This document shows, one piece after another, positions 29,771 through 37,683 of a DNA stretch of 64,000 nucleotides (position 1 is its first letter; each line of letters begins with the position of its first letter). The stretch covers positions 124,001 to 188,000 of IMG/VR virus record IMGVR_UViG_3300046517_002304, one strand, 5' to 3'. The notes under the pieces were generated by a model. It saw nothing but the letters and a program-made list of their open reading frames with translations. It was not told the DNA's origin and ran no database searches. The translations under genes were made by a program, and so were the position numbers.

Positions 29771-31204
29771 ATGCGATTTCGTGCCTACCTAGAGTCGTTC
29801 GGCTCGTTTAATTATAGGGTTCCCAATGACCCAGAAGAGCAATTATACGACTTCTATATGCTTAATTGGCTTAGGGGCAGAAATTCGCTTTATAACAAAG
29901 CTAATCAACATGGGTTGGCTATCTCACCTAAAAAGCCAGAATATGGCGGTGACATGGGCCATGAAGACAAAATAGATTATATGTTAGATGAAGTCGCACA
30001 TACTCTAATCCCCAAGCTTAAATCCGACTTCCTTAAGGCAGTGCTATTCGGCATTACTGCGGAAATGCGGCATGTGCCTCGTGAAATGGGAGATTATAAA
30101 AATTTTTCGGCTAATATAGCAGACGGCGTCGGCGAGAGATACGCAAAAATATACAATGATTTTTTTAGTTATTATAATTATGATAATTTTAAAGACAAAA
30201 TGGCAGAATTTAATAAATCTGTTCCTGTAAAAGACAGAATGTTTAGAAATGTTAAAAATTTCGTAGATCCGCATAATGCCGATTTTCTTCATTATAATAT
30301 GACCGGTAGAATGGCCGCTTATCGCAGTATGTTAAAAGGCGGCTCTACTGAGAGAGATTTCGTAGAAATGGCTAAATTTACGTTTGCGAACGGTAGTTGG
30401 CAGGCTAGCTATGGTGGCCAACCATGGGCAAATGCTTGTGATGGATGGCTGCAATTATATGATTCAAAAGGTGAAAATTCTGATATAGTCGCCATTGATC
30501 ACATTTATGATCTACAGCATAATAATGGTTCTGTTTTAAATAAAGTAGCTAAGTATATTAAGGGGGGAAATACTACATGGCTCAAAACTGCTTTGGATGA
30601 TAAGGCGCAGTCTAATGGTCCGATGGATATAGTGGATAAAGTATCGTCAAGCATGAGAGAACTAGCTTTGCCGGCCATAAAATTAAAATTTGGAACAACG
30701 TATCAAGACAAGGCATCTGCGGAAATTTCACCATATAAAGGCTCTTATGAAAACCAATATTTTTTGACTGGCCATGACTGGAGTGCCTACGAAGGAGCTT
30801 ATCATAGTTCTTCAATTCCTGAATTAAAGTTAGTGCGACTTGGGCTATATCTTGGTTGGTCGCCTAAAAAGGTTACATTAAAGGATATTGAAAGGTTAAA
30901 AAATACTTTAAAAGTTCCTCAGTTAGATGACGCGCGGATAAAGAAAGTGCTTACATCTGAATACAATAATAAAAGAAACATAGAAACTGGTAACTTTAAA
31001 TATGTAAAGGTTAAATTAAGTAGTGATTTAATACGGGAAATAGACAAATTTATAAGGCTAAAAGACACCTGGCTATATGAAGCAGTAGTTAAAAAAATAG
31101 ACAGTGAAACTCATTATGGATATGCAGCATCAAAATACTTATATGGCTACTGCGCATCATTAGTCGGTAAACAAAGAAGTATAGATGAGGTCGTAGAGCC
31201 ATGA
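29771..31204 (+). CDS. putative internal head protein, paralog 1
   Basis: 477 aa; MRFRAYLES; YGGQPW..ACD.W, IDHIYDLQHNNG; TAAATA 4 nt upstream. Confidence 0.7.
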   Translation: MRFRAYLESFGSFNYRVPNDPEEQLYDFYMLNWLRGRNSLYNKANQHGLAISPKKPEYGGDMGHEDKIDYMLDEVAHTLIPKLKSDFLKAVLFGITAEMRHVPREMGDYKNFSANIADGVGERYAKIYNDFFSYYNYDNFKDKMAEFNKSVPVKDRMFRNVKNFVDPHNADFLHYNMTGRMAAYRSMLKGGSTERDFVEMAKFTFANGSWQASYGGQPWANACDGWLQLYDSKGENSDIVAIDHIYDLQHNNGSVLNKVAKYIKGGNTTWLKTALDDKAQSNGPMDIVDKVSSSMRELALPAIKLKFGTTYQDKASAEISPYKGSYENQYFLTGHDWSAYEGAYHSSSIPELKLVRLGLYLGWSPKKVTLKDIERLKNTLKVPQLDDARIKKVLTSEYNNKRNIETGNFKYVKVKLSSDLIREIDKFIRLKDTWLYEAVVKKIDSETHYGYAASKYLYGYCASLVGKQRSIDEVVEP

Positions 31205-32607
31205 GATTCTCTCAATTTATAGAATCTTTTGGTTCATTTAATTATCGTGTTCCCGATGATCCAGAAGAACAATTATATGACTTCTATATGTTGAATTTGC
31301 TAAGAGGCAGAAATTCGCTTTATAACAAGGCTAATCAACATGGCTTAACCATAATGCCTAAGAAGCCAGAGTACGGCGGCGAAATGAATCATGAAGATAA
31401 AGTAGACTACATGCTGGATGAAGTGGCAAAAGTTCTTATACCAAAACTTAAATCAGATTTATTAGAAGCGGTTCTTTTTAGTATAACGGCAGAATTTAGA
31501 CATGGTGGCGACCGAGATACGCAAGAAATACCAATGAGCCATATGACAGATATGATTCGTAGACAAATGGGCGCTAAATATTCTAGAATATTTAGCGATT
31601 TTTTTAACCATTTAGACTCTTCTTTTGATGCATCGTTTAGGCCAAAAATTCAAGCAAATTCTCAATTGATGAAAAACACTATTAACAGTACTCCTATCTA
31701 TAACAGTAGAAGATTGGCATCTTATTCATCGATGGAAAAAAGTACCCATAATGAAAAAGACTTTGTAGAAATGGCTAAATTTGTTTTTGGGGAGGGGGAT
31801 TGGGACAAAGATTACGGTGGTCCTTCATGGGAACAGGCTTGTGATGCATGGCTCCAACTGTATAATTCTAAATCAGAAGATTCAGACATTATAGCGATTG
31901 ATCATATGTACGATATAGAGCACAATACAGGGAACATTCTTGACAAGAGCAATCACTTTTTAAAGAACGGGCAATTTACATGGCTCAGTAATGCCCTTAA
32001 TAAAAAAGCTAGAATTACTTCTCCGATGCAAATCATTGACGATATTTCTCCAGCAATGACACAAATAGCCTTGCCTGCCATAAAGTTAAAGTATGGCCAA
32101 ACATTAGAAGATAAAATGAAGGCTGATACATTTAAAACACAGATCCCAGGAGCTGGGTTTGATGACTTAATTAAAAAGGAATTTGACGAAAATCAAGGAA
32201 TATATGATGCAGGTATTCCTGAACTAAAAATGGCTAGAACTCTTAGGGGAATTTTAGCTGCTTATAAAGTGCGTAGAATTGACTTTAGAATCATTGAATT
32301 AGCTAAGTCTAAAATTAGAGTCCCATTAGACAGTCAAAAAATTAAACAGTTCTTTCAGCAAGAGTATCAAAATTGCAGAAATATAGAAACTGGTAACTTT
32401 GGTCATGTTAAGGTGCTTATGACTAAAGATTTAATATACGAAATACAAAAAAATTTAGAAGATCCATATGGCCATAGATCAGGAATAAAAGACAGAATAG
32501 CCGGTGAAACAAATTATGACGATGAAGTTATTAAGAGTTTAGTAGATTACTGTGAAAAGTTAGTTGAAGATGGCGGAAATGTTAGCTCAATATTAGCGGT
32601 TCGCTAA
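31201..32607 (+). CDS. putative internal head protein, paralog 2
   Basis: 468 aa; MRFSQFIES; first ~100 aa very similar to paralog 1. Confidence 0.7.
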   Translation: MRFSQFIESFGSFNYRVPDDPEEQLYDFYMLNLLRGRNSLYNKANQHGLTIMPKKPEYGGEMNHEDKVDYMLDEVAKVLIPKLKSDLLEAVLFSITAEFRHGGDRDTQEIPMSHMTDMIRRQMGAKYSRIFSDFFNHLDSSFDASFRPKIQANSQLMKNTINSTPIYNSRRLASYSSMEKSTHNEKDFVEMAKFVFGEGDWDKDYGGPSWEQACDAWLQLYNSKSEDSDIIAIDHMYDIEHNTGNILDKSNHFLKNGQFTWLSNALNKKARITSPMQIIDDISPAMTQIALPAIKLKYGQTLEDKMKADTFKTQIPGAGFDDLIKKEFDENQGIYDAGIPELKMARTLRGILAAYKVRRIDFRIIELAKSKIRVPLDSQKIKQFFQQEYQNCRNIETGNFGHVKVLMTKDLIYEIQKNLEDPYGHRSGIKDRIAGETNYDDEVIKSLVDYCEKLVEDGGNVSSILAVR

Positions 32608-33137
32608 GCTTCATTACCCCAGCAATACCAGCCTTCTCTTTTAGCTCTAGCATACATGTCTAATCGTGGTTCTGGCGATAGCTTTTCTACTAGCTTATAG
32701 AAATCATCTGGTTTCTCGCTATGCCTGCCTCTATCCCATGAAAAGCATGTTCCACTAGTAGCCTGTGAATGCCGTCCACCCATTCCAAAAGGATTTCCGT
32801 GTCTACTTCCTACCCGAGACACAAGTATATGTTCTGTATTACATCTAAAACGTCCTACGCCAAGCCCTGGCTTCTTCCAAGTCCAAAGTATGATTGGTTT
32901 AGCCTTCCATGCGCCAGCGACCGTATAGGCCCAATCTACGTGTTGTGCAAGGCACCATATGTATAAGTGTGCCTGTTTGGCAATCGGCGGCTTGATAGAA
33001 CAGATTTCGTCTAAGCTTAATGTGTTATAATGAGATTGTGGACTGCCCTTGGGCGCTTTTCCATTAATAATTGACATTTCTGGTGTCCAAGGCGGGTCAA
33101 CCACTATTGTGCGAAACTCTACATCAGGAAATTGCAT
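32604..33137 (-). CDS. MT-A70 family adenine methyltransferase
   Basis: IVVDPPW, LYIW, W.KPGLGVG..R.NTEH, HSEKP, MYAR..REGW..WGNE. Confidence 0.9.
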   Translation of the reverse strand: MQFPDVEFRTIVVDPPWTPEMSIINGKAPKGSPQSHYNTLSLDEICSIKPPIAKQAHLYIWCLAQHVDWAYTVAGAWKAKPIILWTWKKPGLGVGRFRCNTEHILVSRVGSRHGNPFGMGGRHSQATSGTCFSWDRGRHSEKPDDFYKLVEKLSPEPRLDMYARAKREGWYCWGNEA

Positions 33138-33166
33138 ATTTTAAGTTAGTTTACTAAATAACTTAT

Positions 33167-33394
33167 ATGAAAACCTGGACCCAATACTGCGAAAATATGC
33201 CAAATTATGCTACCTCTGCTCGTCCGATGACGGCAGGTGGATTTAATGGAACAGTTAACCTAGGGCAGGCTAACTTACAATTAGTTGGGCAAGCATTGCA
33301 GATAGATAGCGGAACTCACAGCATAAGGCTTCCGCTAACATCACAACAGGTTCAGCAGATACAAAAAGAAGTAGGATCAGGATTAGGTAGATAA
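33167..33394 (+). CDS. small putative internal protein (IP-like)
   Basis: MKTWTQYCE; TAAATA 6 nt upstream. Confidence 0.65.
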   Translation: MKTWTQYCENMPNYATSARPMTAGGFNGTVNLGQANLQLVGQALQIDSGTHSIRLPLTSQQVQQIQKEVGSGLGR

Positions 33395-33395
33395 T

Positions 33396-33614
33396 ATGAA
33401 AACTTGGACTCAATATCTAGAGGCTGTAGGCACACCAGCACCAGCAATTTTTATGCCAGGACTCTTTAATGGTCTAACAAACTTGGGGCCAGTAAGCGTA
33501 AGGGTAGTTGGCAATATACTACAAATACAAACCAATAGGGATGCGTCTAATCTAGTTCTTACAATGCCACAGATTCAGCAGCTTAAGCGAGATTTTAACT
33601 TAACGGTTATTTAG
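33396..33614 (+). CDS. small putative internal protein (IP-like), paralog
   Basis: MKTWTQYLE; G.FNG..NLG..VG..LQI..LT..Q.QQ shared with the previous gene. Confidence 0.65.
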   Translation: MKTWTQYLEAVGTPAPAIFMPGLFNGLTNLGPVSVRVVGNILQIQTNRDASNLVLTMPQIQQLKRDFNLTVI

Positions 33615-33821
33615 CTTTTTAATCTTTTCCAGACAATCTGTAACTTCATCTAATTTTTTGCTGGGATACTTACAAGTACCTAGTAGCAGCAAAAGGGCGT
33701 CCTCAACAAAGATCATATCCTTGTTACTTAACTTTTCGTCCTTAGTTGGAGAGCATACAATAAAAAACCAAAGAGCAGCTTCTATGAGTATATAAGCGAT
33801 AATGGCAGCGGCTAATGTCAT
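33600..33821 (-). CDS. small membrane protein
   Basis: N-terminal TM segment. Confidence 0.5.
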   Translation of the reverse strand: MTLAAAIIAYILIEAALWFFIVCSPTKDEKLSNKDMIFVEDALLLLLGTCKYPSKKLDEVTDCLEKIKKLNNR

Positions 33822-34177
33822 CGGAAAGCCTTAGTTGTAGTTTTAATGAAAGATTGATTTTCGCTATAAGATAAGGATTTAATGAGGTTTAAATCTAAGT
33901 ACTTAGTTTTCTTTAAAGGATGAATTGTTCCAACGTGTATTTTAAGAGTATCACCAGCCATGACGTAGACCGTACTGGCAAAATATGATATTGTTATATC
34001 TCCGCATCCTGCAAGCGGCAAAGAACAATACTTACTTACAAATAGAGATGTAGCACTCCAAGCAGATTTTGGGTTGAATATGGCATACATCTTGCCGTCA
34101 TCATCTTTCACTAAATTTACTCTGCGATAATCAGCGTTTGATAATTCTTTGTGACCGTTTAATAGTCCTGCGTACAT
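33818..34177 (-). CDS. tail-protein-like domain + C-terminal LIxSL module
   Basis: ELSNADYRRV..W.ATSL..AGDT resembles 14478-14915; ends KYLDLNLIKSLSYSENQSFIKT. Confidence 0.6.
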   Translation of the reverse strand: MYAGLLNGHKELSNADYRRVNLVKDDDGKMYAIFNPKSAWSATSLFVSKYCSLPLAGCGDITISYFASTVYVMAGDTLKIHVGTIHPLKKTKYLDLNLIKSLSYSENQSFIKTTTKAFR

Positions 34178-34261
34178 AATTGTTCTCCTGATATTTTATC
34201 GGCTCTCATGCAAATCAATCTTAATGACGATAGATTATTGTTATGAAAAGGAGATGCTGGA

Positions 34262-34582
34262 ATGACCGATAAAGAACTTATTGATTGGGCGCGGTTGATG
34301 TTAGGCGAACCGATTATAAAATTAGAGATAGATGATGAGCAAGTTCAATTTATAATTGACACAGCTAGAACTAACATTAAAGATGCTCAGTTTAAAACTA
34401 ATAAAATGGTTAAGAAAGCAGTATACAACGATTTGGTCCGTGAAGGCGTTCTAGCGTTATCTTGTTTGATGCTGGATAGGATCAATGGAGCATTTGCTCA
34501 TCCAGTGGAAGAAGAATGGTATCGGGGCGGCAAAGAAAAAGTTGAAGCATGGAAAGAGAAGTTAAAGGAGATTAAGGAATAA
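34262..34582 (+). CDS. miniature T4 gp13-like neck protein
   Basis: LIDWARLMLGEPIIKLEIDDEQV and EGVLAL..LML.RI match gp13-family terminal helices; 106 aa. Confidence 0.55.
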   Translation: MTDKELIDWARLMLGEPIIKLEIDDEQVQFIIDTARTNIKDAQFKTNKMVKKAVYNDLVREGVLALSCLMLDRINGAFAHPVEEEWYRGGKEKVEAWKEKLKEIKE

Positions 34583-34583
34583 C

Positions 34584-34946
34584 ATGAAGGAAGTTAAATC
34601 AGTAGAAGAAATAAAGTGTACCGACGACTTCAATAAGGAAGTGATTGTCAGCAAGCAATGTCTGCACACTGGTGTGATTTATTACTTTCTTAAAGGTGCT
34701 TGGACACCAGTTTATCCGCAAGAGGATGGCACATTCAGGTATCCATATAATTGCAATACAGTTATGCAGATAATGACATTGACGCCTGTAGTGGAGCGAA
34801 AGTCTTTGGTTGAAAGGCTCAGGGATCAGTCTAATAGTCCATCTTGGATTGTAAGACTTAGTAGTCGTCTTATGATTTTTAAATTGAAATGCGAATCTTT
34901 ATTAGATTCAGAAAAACCTTGGGTTGAAAGGTGGTTGGGGGAATGA
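34584..34946 (+). CDS. hypothetical protein
   Basis: 120 aa, SD AAGGA. Confidence 0.55.
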   Translation: MKEVKSVEEIKCTDDFNKEVIVSKQCLHTGVIYYFLKGAWTPVYPQEDGTFRYPYNCNTVMQIMTLTPVVERKSLVERLRDQSNSPSWIVRLSSRLMIFKLKCESLLDSEKPWVERWLGE

Positions 34947-35134
34947 TTGTAATTAGTGCTGAGTATAAGGAAATACCTATTAGCCAACCTATGGCTGAAT
35001 TTAAAAGAATTAGCATTCCTTTGATAAGAAGGATTTATCCTAGTTTAATTGACATGAGAAGTGATCTTTTCAGTATTAGAGGAGATTATGTTATTAGAAC
35101 GATAGATAGCGCTTATGAACATGGCTATGATTGA
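34943..35134 (+). CDS. small protein carrying major-capsid residues 65-83
   Basis: AEFKRISIPLIRRIYPSLI vs MCP ANFKRISIPLVRRIFPQLI (15/19); ATGA coupling with the upstream gene. Confidence 0.75.
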   Translation: MIVISAEYKEIPISQPMAEFKRISIPLIRRIYPSLIDMRSDLFSIRGDYVIRTIDSAYEHGYD

Positions 35135-35146
35135 TCGTATGATATT

Positions 35147-35365
35147 ATGAAGCTAAAAACAACTTGGAAATTTTGCGAAGAAATGAAAGAGATTCCAGAT
35201 AATACACGGCGGGATTTATTGCGCAATCTACTAAAGGACGAAGATGCATCATGGGGAACATCTAGAAGCGCAGAAGAAATGGAAAAACAATTAGATTATT
35301 TAATGGGATGTGGCGACAATCCTAGCGTAGCTCCAGTCAATGAAGAAATCAAAATCGGGACTTGA
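35147..35365 (+). CDS. small protein resembling the MCP N-terminus
   Basis: Ungapped K...TW-x8-I.D.T.R.....L alignment to MCP residues 17-48. Confidence 0.5.
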   Translation: MKLKTTWKFCEEMKEIPDNTRRDLLRNLLKDEDASWGTSRSAEEMEKQLDYLMGCGDNPSVAPVNEEIKIGT

Positions 35366-35665
35366 ACTATAATCAAGGTAGCCGAAGTCCATTCTACTTG
35401 GCCAGATGCCTTCTAGTGTGTAGGACTTTTCTCCGAATGATAGGACGCCGGTGCCAGTCGTCTTCTCTCCGTTATAATGATAGCAGTGAGACATAATCTC
35501 AAATATGCACTTAGGTTCGCCCATTTGATCACCATCATCGTGGAATTTGGTCTTTAGGCTTTCTCCAGAGTTGTTCTCAAGAATTTCTGGGTTAATGACT
35601 TGGAAGTTGTCTATGTGGCATTCTAGGCCATTAGGGAACGTAAGCTCCAATGTGTAATTGTTCAT
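35300..35665 (-). CDS. miniature T4 gp19-like tail tube protein
   Basis: GTGVL..YTLEGIWPSRMDFGYLDYSSS...WSY matches the gp19 C-terminal motif; 121 aa. Confidence 0.6.
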   Translation of the reverse strand: MNNYTLELTFPNGLECHIDNFQVINPEILENNSGESLKTKFHDDGDQMGEPKCIFEIMSHCYHYNGEKTTGTGVLSFGEKSYTLEGIWPSRMDFGYLDYSSSPDFDFFIDWSYARIVATSH

Positions 35666-35768
35666 GATTAGTTGTTGTGGGGGGGGTAGTGTATATAGGG
35701 GGAAATGATGGGTTTCTCTTATGATATGTGGGTTTTAAGCCGATAAAGTACTATAGCGCGGTGATACT

Positions 35769-37616
35769 ATGGGAAAAGAACGAGTAAGAACAACGATAGA
35801 ATATATTGCCAAGGCCAAAAATAAATGGAATGGATATTTTACATATCCGAATACTATTTTTATTGGCCGGTTTGGCAAAATTGAATTTGAGTGTCCAGTA
35901 CATGGCGCTATGACAATGACGGCTAGAGCACATCTAGATTCTGGTTGTAACAAATGTAATGGATATTTTAAGCACACTGGGGCAACGGCAAAAGCCAAAA
36001 TGCTCCAAATACATGGGTATTTTTGCGACTATTCTAAAATACCCGATGAATTAGAATTCGGAGTCAATACTATTGTAGAAATAGGTTGCCCTAAACATGG
36101 ATTCTTTAAAATCAAAATTGAAGACCATTTTAATGCGGTGCATCCATGCCGTAGCTGTGCCAATGAAGCTAGGGGAATTGCTAATAAAAAAACAACAGAA
36201 GAATGGATATCTGAAGCAAAACTTAAATGGGGCCAAACGTGTAATTATGACAAATCGGTTTATGTAAATAAAGAAACCTATATTGATATTTATTGTATTT
36301 ATCATGGGTGGATAAAACAGAAACCGAATAATCATGTAGAAAATGGATGCCATCATTGTAGCGGCCGTGGTATTGGCAAGCATGACAGATATAGCTTTAT
36401 TAAAAGGGCGATACAAATTAATGGATATATTTATGATTACTCTAAAGTATTAGATAATTTTAGTGGATTAAACTCTGTTATAGAACTAGGATGTCCAACG
36501 CATGGGTGGTTTAAAGTTGTAGCGGCTAATCATCTTACAGAAGGACGAGGATGCTCAAAATGTAATGGTGGTGTTTTTTATACACATAATGACTTCTTAG
36601 AAAAGGCAAATAAAAAGCATAATAATAAATTCAAATATCTATCAAAATATACTAGATCACATGATCCAATTACGATAGAGTGCTCTAAGCACGGTGTATT
36701 TGAACAGTTGGCCTATGTCCATCTTCAGTCAATCCATGCTTGCCAGAAGTGTGCTGCTGAATTAGGGCAATCCGCTGGCGAAAACGAGGTAGCGGATTAT
36801 ATCGCCAATTTAGGCATTAATATTATTAGAAATGACAATACTTTTCTTGGGAAGTCAAAAGAAATAGATATTTACTTACCCGATCAAAAGGTTGGAATTG
36901 AATATTGTGGCCTTTATTACCATAGGGAAGGCATGCAGACATATAAATTTAACCATAATATTAAAACTAATTTAGCAGATGAAAAAAATATATTTTTAAT
37001 TCATTTGTTTGACAAGGAATGGAAAGAGCAAAAAGAAATTGTTAAATCTAGGATATCTGGCATATTGGGGAAAAATAAGACGATATATGCTAAAAACACA
37101 GAGATAGTTCAATTACATAAATACGAAAAAGATAAATTTTTACAGGAAACGCATATACAAGGAAAAGATAATTCCAGTATTTATTTCGGCTTAAAATATA
37201 AGGATCAGATTGTTTCATGCATGACATTTGGGCACCCAAGATTTAATAAAAACTATAACTGGGAAATGCTTAGGTTTAGTTCTATTTTGTATACCCATAT
37301 AGTGGGCGGAGCTAGCAAGCTGTTGTCTCACTTTAGAAAAATTTATCCAGGAACAATTATTTCTTACGCTGACAGGAGATGGTCACAAGGAAAGTTGTAT
37401 TACATATTAGGATTTAACTTAGATAAAGTTACAGAGCCTAGTTATCATTATTATAATGTTTCTACACATGCATTTCATAATCGTCTAAAATTTCAAAAGT
37501 ATAAGCTTAAAGATATGCCTTATTATGATGAAAAATTAACCGAAGAAGAAATTATGATGTTAAATGGATATGATAGAGTTTGGGATGCAGGACAAATGCG
37601 GTTTGTTCTTAAGTAA
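35769..37616 (+). CDS. Hef-like/DUF723-repeat homing endonuclease
   Basis: Repeated YDYSK..CP.HG.F...H...CxxC modules; EIDIYLP..GIEYCG.YYH nuclease; C-terminal GGASKLL..ISYADRRWS domain. Confidence 0.8.
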   Translation: MGKERVRTTIEYIAKAKNKWNGYFTYPNTIFIGRFGKIEFECPVHGAMTMTARAHLDSGCNKCNGYFKHTGATAKAKMLQIHGYFCDYSKIPDELEFGVNTIVEIGCPKHGFFKIKIEDHFNAVHPCRSCANEARGIANKKTTEEWISEAKLKWGQTCNYDKSVYVNKETYIDIYCIYHGWIKQKPNNHVENGCHHCSGRGIGKHDRYSFIKRAIQINGYIYDYSKVLDNFSGLNSVIELGCPTHGWFKVVAANHLTEGRGCSKCNGGVFYTHNDFLEKANKKHNNKFKYLSKYTRSHDPITIECSKHGVFEQLAYVHLQSIHACQKCAAELGQSAGENEVADYIANLGINIIRNDNTFLGKSKEIDIYLPDQKVGIEYCGLYYHREGMQTYKFNHNIKTNLADEKNIFLIHLFDKEWKEQKEIVKSRISGILGKNKTIYAKNTEIVQLHKYEKDKFLQETHIQGKDNSSIYFGLKYKDQIVSCMTFGHPRFNKNYNWEMLRFSSILYTHIVGGASKLLSHFRKIYPGTIISYADRRWSQGKLYYILGFNLDKVTEPSYHYYNVSTHAFHNRLKFQKYKLKDMPYYDEKLTEEEIMMLNGYDRVWDAGQMRFVLK

Positions 37617-37627
37617 TATTAGTCGAA

Positions 37628-37655
37628 TAAAAAACCCCCGATTTCTCGGGGGTTT
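37628..37655 (-). terminator. intrinsic terminator of the capsid gene
   Basis: AAACCCCCGA-GAAA-TCGGGGGTTTTTT on the minus strand. Confidence 0.9.
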
Positions 37656-37683
37656 AGTCGTCTTCCAAGTCTAATTATTAAAA

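Noticed and set aside
34584-34946. TGVIYYF resembling MCP VGLVYYL
   Set aside because: Too short to support as another capsid mimic
33818-35665. Decayed duplicate structural operon (pseudogenes)
   Set aside because: ORFs are intact, on both strands, non-collinear, and the MCP copy shows synonymous divergence with amino-acid conservation
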